DNA of 64,000 nt from an uncultured Candidatus Saccharibacteria bacterium (GCA_964592365.1 CAZQDL010000001.1:79541-143540); one strand, 5' to 3'; counted from the first letter of the stretch, positions 20,837 to 31,022 are shown. Program-made: numbers and translations. Notes: generated by a model from the sequence alone, not told the origin.

Positions 20837-21391
20837 ATGACAAGAGAGGCAATATTAAACCATATAGATTTACAAGTATTTATTTTGAGTATTTTTGATA
20901 ATACCTTCCTCGGAAGTCTTTTTGCTGGTTTAATATTAGGATACATAGCATTTGAAACTTATAAAAAGCAAAAAAAAGTAGATCTTGAATTCTATTTTAA
21001 AAAGGAAAAAGAAATAGCTAAACGTACTTTTATTAATAAAATTAAGGCTTTTAGGAGAGAAGCAGTTCCTACACTTAAATCTTTTTTGTCACAAGAGAAA
21101 CACACAATTGATTATATTGAAGTAACGATGAGCGAACTAGGGGAAATTGAGGTTTTAAATAACTTTCAAAATATATACGATAAACACCGTGATGAAATTA
21201 ATAGAGCTTATGAGGAACTATGTACTCATTTTGAAATAGAATCTCTTAGTTCGCATATGGCCACTATTCAATTTTGCTTAATGCAAATGAGGTTAGTTTC
21301 AAAAACGAGCAATGAGGGTTTAAAGCTGACATTAAAAAATATTGAGAATGAAACCGAAGCCATTATAAAACATCTTGAATTTAAAGAATGA
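20837..21391 (+). CDS. Hypothetical membrane-anchored protein
   Basis: 184-aa ORF with an N-terminal TM helix. Confidence 0.55.
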   Translation: MTREAILNHIDLQVFILSIFDNTFLGSLFAGLILGYIAFETYKKQKKVDLEFYFKKEKEIAKRTFINKIKAFRREAVPTLKSFLSQEKHTIDYIEVTMSELGEIEVLNNFQNIYDKHRDEINRAYEELCTHFEIESLSSHMATIQFCLMQMRLVSKTSNEGLKLTLKNIENETEAIIKHLEFKE

Positions 21392-21648
21392 AGATAAATA
21401 TGTTTATTCACCAAAAAGAAAACGAGAAAAAATATCTAACAAAAAAAGAAGAAATATATGATAAAGCCTCAATATGGGGTCAGTTTCATGGTTGGTTCTT
21501 GCTAGTGACATCTATAGGATTATATGTTTACGGACTTGTAGCCAATAACACCTTAAGTCAATCTATTAGTATAAGTTTCATTGATTTAGTACTAAATATT
21601 ATTGTTGCAATCATAATGATTCAGATTTCATCGAGAATTGACCAATAA
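21388..21648 (+). CDS. Small hypothetical membrane protein
   Basis: Two TM helices; ATGA overlap with the upstream gene. Confidence 0.45.
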   Translation: MKINMFIHQKENEKKYLTKKEEIYDKASIWGQFHGWFLLVTSIGLYVYGLVANNTLSQSISISFIDLVLNIIVAIIMIQISSRIDQ

Positions 21649-21841
21649 AATATCCAAAGAAAAAACCGATTAAAGTCGCACTAGTTTTTTGGTTAATATT
21701 ATTACTTATTTTAATGTTGACGGGAGCCTCTGTTATACAGAAGTTTTTTTGTTTCGTGGTTTTATATAAATTAGTGAACGCAAATACCAGTTTGAGAGAA
21801 ACTAAAACCTAGAGAATGAGTATTCTTATATTAAGTTAAGA

Positions 21842-22240
21842 TTATAAAAATGGTATTTCAGAATTAATTTCTTTCCAATTTAGAGTTCTGAAATCATCCA
21901 GCCATTGACCCATTAAGGGACATATACCCTCCAAACCTTGAAAAGGTCCTTGTTTATCAAGGGCTTTTTCTAGTTCGATTACAGGATACTTAGATTTAAT
22001 AGAATTTACTAATAATCGAACTTCTTTATAGGTAGGTTTTAGCTCAATAGTTATCTCCTTATCTTTCATGCTGTATTTGGTCCCAATTTGCCTTACAAGA
22101 AAACGCTTTTCAGTATCATCACCTGTTTCAAGAGCTTCTTCATATAATTCATTAAAATTAAATGCTTTCTCAATATCTTTATATAAATCATTCGAAGTTT
22201 CTGCTTCAATAAAATCAATAAATAATATAAACTTAAGATA
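21842..22240 (-). pseudogene. Probable 5'-truncated gene remnant
   Basis: The frame stays open with protein-like composition about 57 codons upstream of the ATG at 22069, up to a stop at the start of the next gene, with no ATG start. Confidence 0.45.
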
Positions 22241-22242
22241 TT

Positions 22243-22980
22243 ATGATGAACTTTTTTACAAAATTATTAACTCCAGTATTTATTGCTCTGGGAATGGTTA
22301 ATCCTGCTCCTGTCATAGAAACACCAACACCTGATATACAAGTACAACAAGAGCTTATTGAATTACGTCAAAGAGTCCAAGAGTTTGAAAACCGAAATGA
22401 TCAAGAAGCGGAATTAGAGCCAAAATCACAAGAGACTAAAGAAAAAGTTATTGAAATAAAACCAGCAGAAGTGAAAAAGGAAAACCTTAATACCTTAACT
22501 ATTTTTAAACCTGAGTCGAAACCCACAGAGACTTTAATAGATGCTTCTTATCTAGATAAATTAGAGCTTTTCAATGTTAAAGTAGCCAAGCTAGATGAGG
22601 AATCTAGTAAGGAATTAGATGCATTAGATTTAAAATATGACTCAAAAATTGCGAAGGTTAAACAGGAGATTATTGAAATTAACAAAATGTTTGATGATTA
22701 CGAACAATCCATAACCTTAGGTTTTGTTCCTGGATTTTCGGGCGGCGGTAACGGTGCACCATCTTCAGTTACAAACAGTAAAATGCAAGTTGAATTGAAT
22801 CGAAGGTCTCAATGGCTTTTATCTACCTATCCAGTAGAGTTTGAAGCTTTAAAGTTAGAAATGCAGGGATATCTTGATGAAAAGATGGAAGCGATTAATA
22901 AATCAGAATCCAATTTAATTAAAGAGATTAAAGAATTGCAAACACAGTGGAATATAAAGACAGAAGATTGGTTATATTAA
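22243..22980 (+). CDS. Hypothetical secreted coiled-coil protein
   Basis: N-terminal hydrophobic stretch, E/K-rich helices. Confidence 0.6.
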   Translation: MMNFFTKLLTPVFIALGMVNPAPVIETPTPDIQVQQELIELRQRVQEFENRNDQEAELEPKSQETKEKVIEIKPAEVKKENLNTLTIFKPESKPTETLIDASYLDKLELFNVKVAKLDEESSKELDALDLKYDSKIAKVKQEIIEINKMFDDYEQSITLGFVPGFSGGGNGAPSSVTNSKMQVELNRRSQWLLSTYPVEFEALKLEMQGYLDEKMEAINKSESNLIKEIKELQTQWNIKTEDWLY

Positions 22981-22981
22981 T

Positions 22982-23287
22982 ATGAAAAAACTAATAATAT
23001 TAATACTTATCATTTTTGTAGGGCGATATCTATATATAAATAATTTTAGAAAAGAAGAATGGACAGGATTTTTTTATCCTAATGCTGAAGATCTTTCAGG
23101 GTGGATCAAGTCAGATAGATTATTTGATAGCATTGAATCGTGTAGGGACTGGATTGATTATCAGGTTGATGTATCTATGTTAGAGAATCCAGAGTTTTAT
23201 GAAGAAGGCGGTGATTATGATTATGAATGTGGACTTAACTGCAGATTGAAATCAGGAATGAATGTTTGTGAAGAAACTATTCAATAA
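22982..23287 (+). CDS. Small secreted Cys-containing protein
   Basis: Signal peptide; WTGFFYP...C...DYECGLNC...C. Confidence 0.65.
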   Translation: MKKLIILILIIFVGRYLYINNFRKEEWTGFFYPNAEDLSGWIKSDRLFDSIESCRDWIDYQVDVSMLENPEFYEEGGDYDYECGLNCRLKSGMNVCEETIQ

Positions 23288-23321
23288 ATAAACGACTTGA
23301 TTGCTCTAGTCGTTTTTTAGA

Positions 23322-23894
23322 TTATTTTTCATTAACGATCAACTTATGCTTTCCTGTAATTATAAAGAAATAAATATATCGAATACCAATCAGAATTATA
23401 GATACTATAAGAAGATGTAACAGTAAGTTTGTTGACCATTTTATCCACGACCCTTCTACAACCTTGTTTTCTATTGAAAGACTGAAATTTTTATCTTTAG
23501 GGATAATTATTTTTGATGGAGTATTCTCGCCGCCAATTGTTAAGTTGATGTCTTTTAGAAGTAATCTTTGAGCTAACTCATTAGCCTCAGTGTTGTTATT
23601 GCTATTATAATGAGATTTATGTATGTCTGTATTTTCACAAAAATATTTAACCGTTTTTTCTATGTACTCATCTTCGAATCCTTTCTTGTCGTAATTTAAA
23701 GTTGATCCACTGAATGAGCCAAAAGTATATTTATTTGAATTACATTCTACTATGTATGTACTTTCATATTCATTTATGTATGGAACTCTCTCAGAATAAA
23801 AGAAACCTATTAAGGTTAAGACCACTAGCACAATTAATACATAAATAACCATAAATAGCCTATGCCACCATTTATTTTTTATCCCGCTTTTCAT
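23322..23894 (-). CDS. Hypothetical two-TM membrane protein
   Basis: KWWHRL N-terminus, TM helices at both ends. Confidence 0.6.
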   Translation of the reverse strand: MKSGIKNKWWHRLFMVIYVLIVLVVLTLIGFFYSERVPYINEYESTYIVECNSNKYTFGSFSGSTLNYDKKGFEDEYIEKTVKYFCENTDIHKSHYNSNNNTEANELAQRLLLKDINLTIGGENTPSKIIIPKDKNFSLSIENKVVEGSWIKWSTNLLLHLLIVSIILIGIRYIYFFIITGKHKLIVNEK

Positions 23895-23959
23895 GAACTT
23901 ATTATATAGTAGAATTACTGTGTTTTAAAGATTATTTATTGGAATTATTTTTACAAAAA

Positions 23960-23987
23960 GTTCCGTATCCTAACCACAAACTGACCC
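23960..23987 (+). repeat. 28-bp cassette-boundary motif R1
   Basis: GTTCCGTATCCTAACCACAAACTGACCC (consensus). Confidence 0.95.
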
Positions 23988-24077
23988 TATTTAGTGCTAG
24001 CACGAGAAGGTTCGTTTTCTCTGGTCTCAGCACAAATAAAAAGCACTATTTTGAGTGCTTTTTGTGATACTTAATAT

Positions 24078-24644
24078 ATGAAAATATTAGATAATATAAA
24101 CTATATTTTGGAAAAAAATCTACTAGAAATTGAAGATGTCGTTTTTTTGCTCAATAGAGTTCGAATTATTATAGAAAATAACTCTCAAAAAGATAAATAT
24201 GAGTTGTTGCATTTTTATGGTAATTGGATCTCACATTCTAATATAGAGAATCTACCTAATAAGATCATTGATGAAATAGAAAATGCTAGCAAAACCAATA
24301 GAATACAGGATCACTGGATGCTCCGTTCAGAGTTGTGTATTTTTTTTCAAGAGTATTCTTTAGATAAGTCATTATTAAACAATAGGGATAAATGGTATAA
24401 ATTTTCAACCTCACTTTATAATATTTTAATCGATACTCCGTTGATACCTAAAAATAAAAGCTTTAGTTTTATTTTTAATAAAACGAATCAAAAAGAAAAT
24501 AGAACTTTTTCTTGCTCGTTTGTTATTGAATATAAAAACGCACTAAATGATATTAGAAAAATTTCAGGCACATACTCCGTTCAAGATTCATTAAACGAAG
24601 ACAAAAAAGCCAAATGGCTTACTCAACAGGGTATTTGTATATAG
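24078..24644 (+). CDS. Hypothetical protein
   Basis: 188-aa ORF; first gene of unit R1-R2. Confidence 0.6.
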   Translation: MKILDNINYILEKNLLEIEDVVFLLNRVRIIIENNSQKDKYELLHFYGNWISHSNIENLPNKIIDEIENASKTNRIQDHWMLRSELCIFFQEYSLDKSLLNNRDKWYKFSTSLYNILIDTPLIPKNKSFSFIFNKTNQKENRTFSCSFVIEYKNALNDIRKISGTYSVQDSLNEDKKAKWLTQQGICI

Positions 24645-24928
24645 TTATTCTTTCTGCATTGGAAGATATGGTTAAACAAGGAGTAAAGGTATTTTTTGTA
24701 AACAAAGAAGTGTATGAACAAATTATGAATGCTCCTGACCATGGTGAATCTATCGTAAATAATCTCGTAGCATATACAGGATAAATTTTGTTTGAGATAA
24801 GTTATTCAATATTTATTTAAAATAAATTTAAATTAAAACTGATGGAGGTTCAAACATCATTTTTAACAGCCATAGCTATAAACAACATCAAAATCTATAT
24901 TCTTTTTATATTTTGATATACTTAATTA

Positions 24929-25564
24929 ATGAAAAAAATAAAGTATATAATTACTATTTTAGTTGTATTACTATCATTCATTTCTACACTCTTCGTAGAA
25001 AATGGAATAAGTTATGGCAACTGTTTTCACCATGAAGATAAGAAAGATTTATATAGAGATATACCTCATAGGTACTGTATAAGCGAAAGTATTGATATTT
25101 TATCGTTTATAAAATCAAAAAGAAGTATTAACCACAATCATGGATATGTAAATATACATATACAATATCAAAATATACTCCCTTATATTTTACTACCAAT
25201 ATTTGGCTTAATTACCTTTTTTGCTTTTTCAAGAAAACAAATTTATAAAATAAATGGATGGCTTGTATTTGCTTTAATAGTATTCCCTCTGCTGGCACCA
25301 TTTGGTTGGGCAGTATTTTTAACTAATAATTTTGCATTAGGGAATTCAATTGCATGGGGTTTGTATTTAGGTTTGTTAATTGCTCTTATTTATTCATTGT
25401 TTAATAAGCAGGGAAATAAGAAATTAGTAATTATTTATATTGTTATGGGAATCACCTCGGTGTTGTTATATTCGTTTATAAACAGTGCCATAAAAGGTGC
25501 ATTTTATAATTATGGTGGTCCTCCGATGCCACAAGAAAATATACCTCAACTAAGTTTCGATTAA
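24929..25564 (+). CDS. Hypothetical multi-TM membrane protein
   Basis: Several hydrophobic helices; stop codon 15 nt before R2. Confidence 0.65.
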   Translation: MKKIKYIITILVVLLSFISTLFVENGISYGNCFHHEDKKDLYRDIPHRYCISESIDILSFIKSKRSINHNHGYVNIHIQYQNILPYILLPIFGLITFFAFSRKQIYKINGWLVFALIVFPLLAPFGWAVFLTNNFALGNSIAWGLYLGLLIALIYSLFNKQGNKKLVIIYIVMGITSVLLYSFINSAIKGAFYNYGGPPMPQENIPQLSFD

Positions 25565-25579
25565 CTATAATTATTAAAA

Positions 25580-25607
25580 GTTCCGCATCCTAACCACAAA
25601 CTGACCC
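25580..25607 (+). repeat. 28-bp motif R2
   Basis: GTTCCGCATCCTAACCACAAACTGACCC, 27/28 to consensus. Confidence 0.95.
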
Positions 25608-25811
25608 TAACGGGTTAGGATACACTACTTATTAAAAGCTTTATTCATATAAGGCTTTTAATATAGTCAAAACTATTCTTATTGTCTCTATAACCATTAC
25701 CTATTACAATGTAATTATTATGAACAACACTCATAAATCAAAAGGATTCACCCTCATAGAACTCCTCGTAGTAGTAGCCATCATTGGAATACTAGCTACG
25801 GTTGTGTTGGC
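25599..25811 (+). repeat. ~213-bp direct repeat copy 1 (pilin leader plus N-terminal coding region)
   Basis: Colinear with 33200-33412; about 11 mismatches by manual count. Confidence 0.92.
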
Positions 25812-26268
25812 TTCGCTTGGAGCAGCAAGAGATAGAGCAAGAATAGCAAAATTAACAAGTGACTTTAAAACTATTGAAAAAGCCTTAGTAATGACTCTTC
25901 TTGATGAGGGAAGAACTACTTTCTGGCTAGAATCAGAAATTGGATTAGGTGGCAATCCTACTTTTGATGCTATTCATGCAAAAACTTCAGGAGCCATGGC
26001 AACCTTTTCAGATAATTTAGCAACGGTTCCAGATAATCCATTTACCACCGATAGTTATCGCTACGACGGAGATGAAATAACTACCGCAACTTGTGGTTGG
26101 GCACCGGGTATTAATATCCTTATGTATGGCTGGGATTTTGATCTTGCATCTGATATTGACACTTATATTGATGGTTCAGCCTCAGCCACTTGTGGTAAGT
26201 TTAGATATAATACAAATAATACTGCAGGAGATGGTGGGTACCATATTTCAAACGGTGCTGACTTCTAG
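25720..26268 (+). CDS. Type IV pilin / prepilin-type protein (cassette pilin A)
   Basis: KG|FTLIELLVVVAIIGILA cleavage and methylation motif. Confidence 0.93.
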   Translation: MNNTHKSKGFTLIELLVVVAIIGILATVVLASLGAARDRARIAKLTSDFKTIEKALVMTLLDEGRTTFWLESEIGLGGNPTFDAIHAKTSGAMATFSDNLATVPDNPFTTDSYRYDGDEITTATCGWAPGINILMYGWDFDLASDIDTYIDGSASATCGKFRYNTNNTAGDGGYHISNGADF

Positions 26269-26285
26269 CTTAGTATAATGGTAAG

Positions 26286-26313
26286 GTTCCGTATACTATT
26301 TACAAACTGACCT
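26286..26313 (+). repeat. 28-bp motif R3
   Basis: GTTCCGTATACTATTTACAAACTGACCT, 23/28; 17 nt after the pilin stop. Confidence 0.9.
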
Positions 26314-26372
26314 AAAATAAAATCCACATGTTAAATGAGGATTTTTTTATGGAGTCACTAAAACTAATTTAC

Positions 26373-26798
26373 TTATGCCTTTATATTTTCTCTACTCTTT
26401 GCAACCCCAATAGTAATCAATGACACAAAACTAATAACAGCAATAGAGCCAAGTGTTTTATTAATAGCATCACCAGAAAGAAATTCCCAGATTGAAAGTA
26501 CACCAACGAGAGCGAGTATCACAAGTGCAATAATTAAAACTGTTCCAGTTATTTTTCTAAGAAAAACAAAAACAGAATCATCTTTAATGTAGTTCTCTTC
26601 ATTTTTGCTCGCCATTGATTTTTCAGCTATTAAAATAATTATTGTTACAACCAGCAAAAAACCAACTGTCCACATTGATTTTATTAGTGAGTCACCACTA
26701 ATAAAATCCCAAATTGAAAAAATAGATATCAATCCTAAGATCATATTTGAGAAAATAAAAATCATTGCTGTTATATCTGATATTTTTGTAAATTTCAT
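26373..26798 (-). CDS. Four-TM membrane protein with an internal duplication
   Basis: SIWDFISGDSLIK and SIWEFLSGDAINK repeats. Confidence 0.75.
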   Translation of the reverse strand: MKFTKISDITAMIFIFSNMILGLISIFSIWDFISGDSLIKSMWTVGFLLVVTIIILIAEKSMASKNEENYIKDDSVFVFLRKITGTVLIIALVILALVGVLSIWEFLSGDAINKTLGSIAVISFVSLITIGVAKSRENIKA

Positions 26799-26835
26799 AG
26801 TGCTAATTATATTATATGTATTGTATAATTACTAC

Positions 26836-28065
26836 ATGATTGAAACTATTGAAAAAACTTTCTCGTATATATTCGTCATTCTGTTATTGATAGGCTCTTA
26901 CTACATTGCTTATTCCTCTTATAATAATTCATCTGCTAGAACTGAAAGCATATATTCTCTAATGGAAAATCATTTTATTAACAACAGCCAGCAGCAAGTA
27001 TCTTCTAAAAACAATATTGAATTGGGTTCTTTTAAGGTAAGTGCAAGGGATATGAATGAACTTATCTTGAGAATAACTAACAAACACCCAGAAATAACAG
27101 TCTCAATTTCTGAAACTGATTTAGGGGAAAAAATCATGTTCAACTTAATATTTGAAGGATCACCCGATTCAATCCGGTTGGATGAAATGGACCTATTTTT
27201 AAAAAATCTTGCCCTTGAGTATAACGCTGAATATGTTTCACCTATTTCTGATAGTGTCCATACCGATATTCAAGATAATAAGGTCGTGGAAGATGTGGCT
27301 GTAGTTAGTACTCAACACGTGCAGAGTGTTTATGATAATAGCGCAATAGTATGGGCAGAAGTAAAAATAAATGAAAGTAAAAGCGCAGATATATACTTCC
27401 TTTTGAGCATAAATGAAGAAAAAATTAAAGAAGCTATATCTTCAAAAAGCCTTGATGAACTCAATTCTTTGGGGAATGATTTAACATTGAAATTTGTTGA
27501 TGTAATTTATGAAGATAATTATTTAAATACTAAACTCACTGATTTAGAGAGTAGTAGAAAGTACTACTATGTAGCATGTATTAAAAATGCTCAAGGATTG
27601 TTGATTTGTGATCAAACTATTAATACTTTTGAAACACTCCATGCAAAAGACAAAAATTATCTCCCTCATGTAGTAACCGGGAACAGTTATTATAACGAAA
27701 CTGGTTTGAATCTTTATTCTCCAATACTTACAGGGTCTTTTGCTAATGATGCTCCTTATCCTGGATACACAGTACTGGCTTCATTTGTGATAGCAAATCA
27801 AAAATCATCTCTCGAAGATACAGATAGACTCTTTGATCGTAACAGGAAAAATGACATCGAGTGGCTTGGGGTTGTTGGATCAATAACAGATTTTAAAAGT
27901 GGTGATTCATTTGAAGAGATGGCACATGCTCAGCGCGAAACATCATTTTATTACAGGGCATGTCTTCATTACGATGTAGACGCTAGTGGCTCAGGTTATA
28001 GTTCAGATACCTATGTCTGCGGCAACATTAATTATAACCAAGCGAAGATGAATTTTTTTAACTAA
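26836..28065 (+). CDS. Membrane-anchored protein with two FN3-like Cys-containing repeats
   Basis: Start moved to ATG 26836 (TATAAT 6 nt upstream); N-terminal TM helix; YYYVAC..C..FET and FYYRAC..CGNI. Confidence 0.7.
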   Translation: MIETIEKTFSYIFVILLLIGSYYIAYSSYNNSSARTESIYSLMENHFINNSQQQVSSKNNIELGSFKVSARDMNELILRITNKHPEITVSISETDLGEKIMFNLIFEGSPDSIRLDEMDLFLKNLALEYNAEYVSPISDSVHTDIQDNKVVEDVAVVSTQHVQSVYDNSAIVWAEVKINESKSADIYFLLSINEEKIKEAISSKSLDELNSLGNDLTLKFVDVIYEDNYLNTKLTDLESSRKYYYVACIKNAQGLLICDQTINTFETLHAKDKNYLPHVVTGNSYYNETGLNLYSPILTGSFANDAPYPGYTVLASFVIANQKSSLEDTDRLFDRNRKNDIEWLGVVGSITDFKSGDSFEEMAHAQRETSFYYRACLHYDVDASGSGYSSDTYVCGNINYNQAKMNFFN

Positions 28066-28124
28066 TTCTTAACTTGTATATCAAAAAGAATCACGAAGGT
28101 GATTCTTTTTGATATAATTACTCC

Positions 28125-30362
28125 ATGAAAAGCATTTTAAAAATTATTATCTTTACTTCAGTTTTGGTTACTATTTTTTTACCAGAAACCCTTTTATATA
28201 AAAGATGTGAATTGAATGTAGAGGAAGAACATCAAACAAGTTATGCTTTAAATTTACTTGAGAGAAAATGCCCAGAGGGTTACAGCATAGATTATCGTAA
28301 TAGAAAACGTGATTCAAGTCTTTTTGAGTACCTTATTTCGATTAGTGAATTGTCTGATGAATATAAAGATGTTCCTCTTGATTTTGATTTTCTACTATTG
28401 GGAAAATATTTATTAATTAATCTTATCTTTATGACCCCATCTTTATTTCTAATAAGATTTATAAAGAAGAATAAAGTAAAAAGATTTAAAAGGGGAAACA
28501 ATGTATTATTTTTCATAATTACTACTCTTACTGTTCTTGCTCTAAGCTTCTTATCGATACTTGATTCAGTAAAATCTTTTTGCATATCTGCTCCCTGCCC
28601 TCAGCCTGCGACACCTTTTAATGGTAAATTTTATGATTTAGTTAGTGAAATGTACCCAAGTATTCTTAGCTTTATTCCTGCTATAACTATTGGTATTCTT
28701 CTCGCTTCTTTGATTATCTATCGTAAATCAGTGACCTTCACACAAGAAGAAAAAACTTTGAGACTAGAGAAGAAAAAACTTTTTAAAAAGAGAGTTGGAA
28801 AGGTTATCGCATGGATACTTAGTATTATGATGCTCCTTCATGTCATTAATATTATCTATTTAGGTCTTGAGAAAAAAGAAAAAAATAAGCTTCTGATCCA
28901 ATTTGATGAAATTGAAGTTCTACATAAAGAAGTTTCTTTTAAAAATTGTTACGATAGCGTTTCTACAGAGACTACTTTATTTTATTATTTCCAAGATGGA
29001 GATATAAATAGAATCGTAGCAAATAGAACCGCTTCTTGCTCCTATATACCAGGAGTCGATTTATCAAGTGGAACATTACTTACAAATAGCGAAAAGATAT
29101 TTTTTCAGATAAAAGTTCATCCAGATTTAAATAACCCTAAGTTGCTTAGTTATAGGGGTGAAGAGTACCAAGTGGAAAAGATTGAAACCAGTGTTAATTT
29201 TGACTCTTTGTTATCATCAGCAAGTAAGTATTTGATCGGTATAGAAGATTCATTGCAAAATGATGTAAAAGAGTCTTATAAGGTCGCTTTGATAGATAAA
29301 TGTCTTGGTCTTGAGAGTGAACAAAAAAGACAGGATTGTCTGGCTTTGGGTTCAGTGTTTTTTGTTGATTATGAGTTTTGTGAATACAGTAGTGATTCAC
29401 TACGTTGCGGTAATTTATATCAAGGAAAAAAGAGTATTGTCCTTGAGGAAATTAATAAAGAAGAGATTAAGAAGAGTGACCAAGAAAATCGAAGGAGAGC
29501 AACAGAAGAAAAAGATCTAAGCTACTGCTATGATATTGTTGATGATAATATTCGATTTGATTGCTTTGAGTATTTACCAAACGAAGTTTTTATAGATATT
29601 TTTTCAGATCTTAATGATGACGGTGAGCTTAGACCACTTGAAGAAATACTAAAAAACATTGAAGATACTCGTAAGGTCTGTTCAGATTTTGATAGTCATT
29701 TATGCTATGTTTTAGGAAGAGAAAAAGTGCTTACGCCTTACGAGTGTACGGTCAACAGTAATCAAAAAAATTATTCAATCTCAACTTGTATTCCAATCTC
29801 AGTCATTCTTTATTCTACAACCGGTGATATATGTAATGATGTAAAAGATAATGCTGCTCAAAATTCTTGCTACCATGACTTATATCGATTTGAAGAAATG
29901 AATATAGATATTTCTCTTGGGGAACCATATACTAATTCTGAAATTCGCGATGAGTACATAGATAAAACAACGTCTTTACTTGATGATTCTTTTTATAAAA
30001 AAGAGATCATAAACGATTCACCTTCCATGGGTATATATGAAATACTTGAAAGCGAAAATAATAATATAGAAAATTTAAGAGGAACAAAAACAGAAGATCT
30101 CACACCTCGTGTTATGTATTGGTCAGGTAAGGTAAATCAGTATGTTGATTTGGAGTTTAGGGAATGGAGATCAGATCCTGACGGATCAAGTGGTGCGAGT
30201 ATCGACCTTCTTGATTATTGTAGAGAAAAATATCTAGATTTAAATATAGTTGATATTAAGGAGTATAAAATGGAAAGTATTAATACTTGGCGTGATTCAG
30301 GGAATGTGAATAGTTATTCAGGAACAAAACAGTCTTACGAGTGCGTCTTGTATAAAAACTGA
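28125..30362 (+). CDS. Large Cys-rich membrane/surface protein
   Basis: 745 aa; N-terminal TM helices, many paired cysteines; stop codon 13 nt before R4. Confidence 0.7.
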   Translation: MKSILKIIIFTSVLVTIFLPETLLYKRCELNVEEEHQTSYALNLLERKCPEGYSIDYRNRKRDSSLFEYLISISELSDEYKDVPLDFDFLLLGKYLLINLIFMTPSLFLIRFIKKNKVKRFKRGNNVLFFIITTLTVLALSFLSILDSVKSFCISAPCPQPATPFNGKFYDLVSEMYPSILSFIPAITIGILLASLIIYRKSVTFTQEEKTLRLEKKKLFKKRVGKVIAWILSIMMLLHVINIIYLGLEKKEKNKLLIQFDEIEVLHKEVSFKNCYDSVSTETTLFYYFQDGDINRIVANRTASCSYIPGVDLSSGTLLTNSEKIFFQIKVHPDLNNPKLLSYRGEEYQVEKIETSVNFDSLLSSASKYLIGIEDSLQNDVKESYKVALIDKCLGLESEQKRQDCLALGSVFFVDYEFCEYSSDSLRCGNLYQGKKSIVLEEINKEEIKKSDQENRRRATEEKDLSYCYDIVDDNIRFDCFEYLPNEVFIDIFSDLNDDGELRPLEEILKNIEDTRKVCSDFDSHLCYVLGREKVLTPYECTVNSNQKNYSISTCIPISVILYSTTGDICNDVKDNAAQNSCYHDLYRFEEMNIDISLGEPYTNSEIRDEYIDKTTSLLDDSFYKKEIINDSPSMGIYEILESENNNIENLRGTKTEDLTPRVMYWSGKVNQYVDLEFREWRSDPDGSSGASIDLLDYCREKYLDLNIVDIKEYKMESINTWRDSGNVNSYSGTKQSYECVLYKN

Positions 30363-30375
30363 TATATTAATCCAA

Positions 30376-30403
30376 GTTCCATATCCTAACCACAAACTGA
30401 CCT
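30376..30403 (+). repeat. 28-bp motif R4
   Basis: GTTCCATATCCTAACCACAAACTGACCT, 26/28. Confidence 0.95.
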
Positions 30404-30534
30404 AGAATAAAAAGTCCTTATTTATAAGGGCTTTTTTCCCTAGAAAATGATATCCCTTTCGAAACATATATATTGACATAAACATAATATGGTGTATTAT
30501 AAATAAAACAATTTAATAAACTAAATTCTAAAAT

Positions 30535-30944
30535 ATGAACTTAAATGTAGTATCCCCAGAAGTACCAATTTTTACTAATACTAAGAATGAAGCACTAAGC
30601 CTTAATAAGATTATTGAAGATAAAAAAATTACTTCAGTAACTATTGCTTATCTTTCGAAAGAAAAGAAGGTAAAAGTAAAAGGTATCAAAGGTTATTTCG
30701 GATTAAAAGAAATAAAACAGGAGGAAAAAAACTAACTATTCTTGATCCCAAGGGAATCATTCTTAATTTTGAAAAAGGAGCTGAATCTGCTTCTATTAGA
30801 TTCTGGGATAAAAATGAATTTGAAAAATTATCCGATGAAAATTATGATAAGGATACCTTATGGAAAAGATATGTAATGAGCATAGTTTGCCCGTATCAGA
30901 TTAATTTCCATATTGGGAATCTTATTTATGTTGATTGGAACTAA
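30535..30944 (+). pseudogene. Hypothetical gene interrupted by a 1-nt frameshift near 30715-30731 (pseudogene or assembly error)
   Basis: ORF 30535-30735 continues in the -1 frame as GGKKLTILDPKGIILNF...IYVDWN* to 30944, followed by a terminator. Confidence 0.6.
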
Positions 30945-30994
30945 TACCTCCACCTATAGAGAAATCTATTTAGGTGGATTTTTCTTTACAAAAA

Positions 30995-31022
30995 GTTCCG
31001 TATCCTAACCACAAACTGACCC
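30995..31022 (+). repeat. 28-bp motif R5
   Basis: Exact consensus; also shares the upstream TTTACAAAAA with R1. Confidence 0.95.

Noticed and set aside
26605-26835. N-terminal extension of the 486-aa ORF
   Set aside because: It is antisense to the 26373-26798 membrane gene, and there is a better start at 26836.
30356-30362. Isolated AAACTGA heptamers (also near 19791 and 24836) as additional motif copies
   Set aside because: They lack the TTCCGTATC half and are expected by chance in AT-rich DNA.
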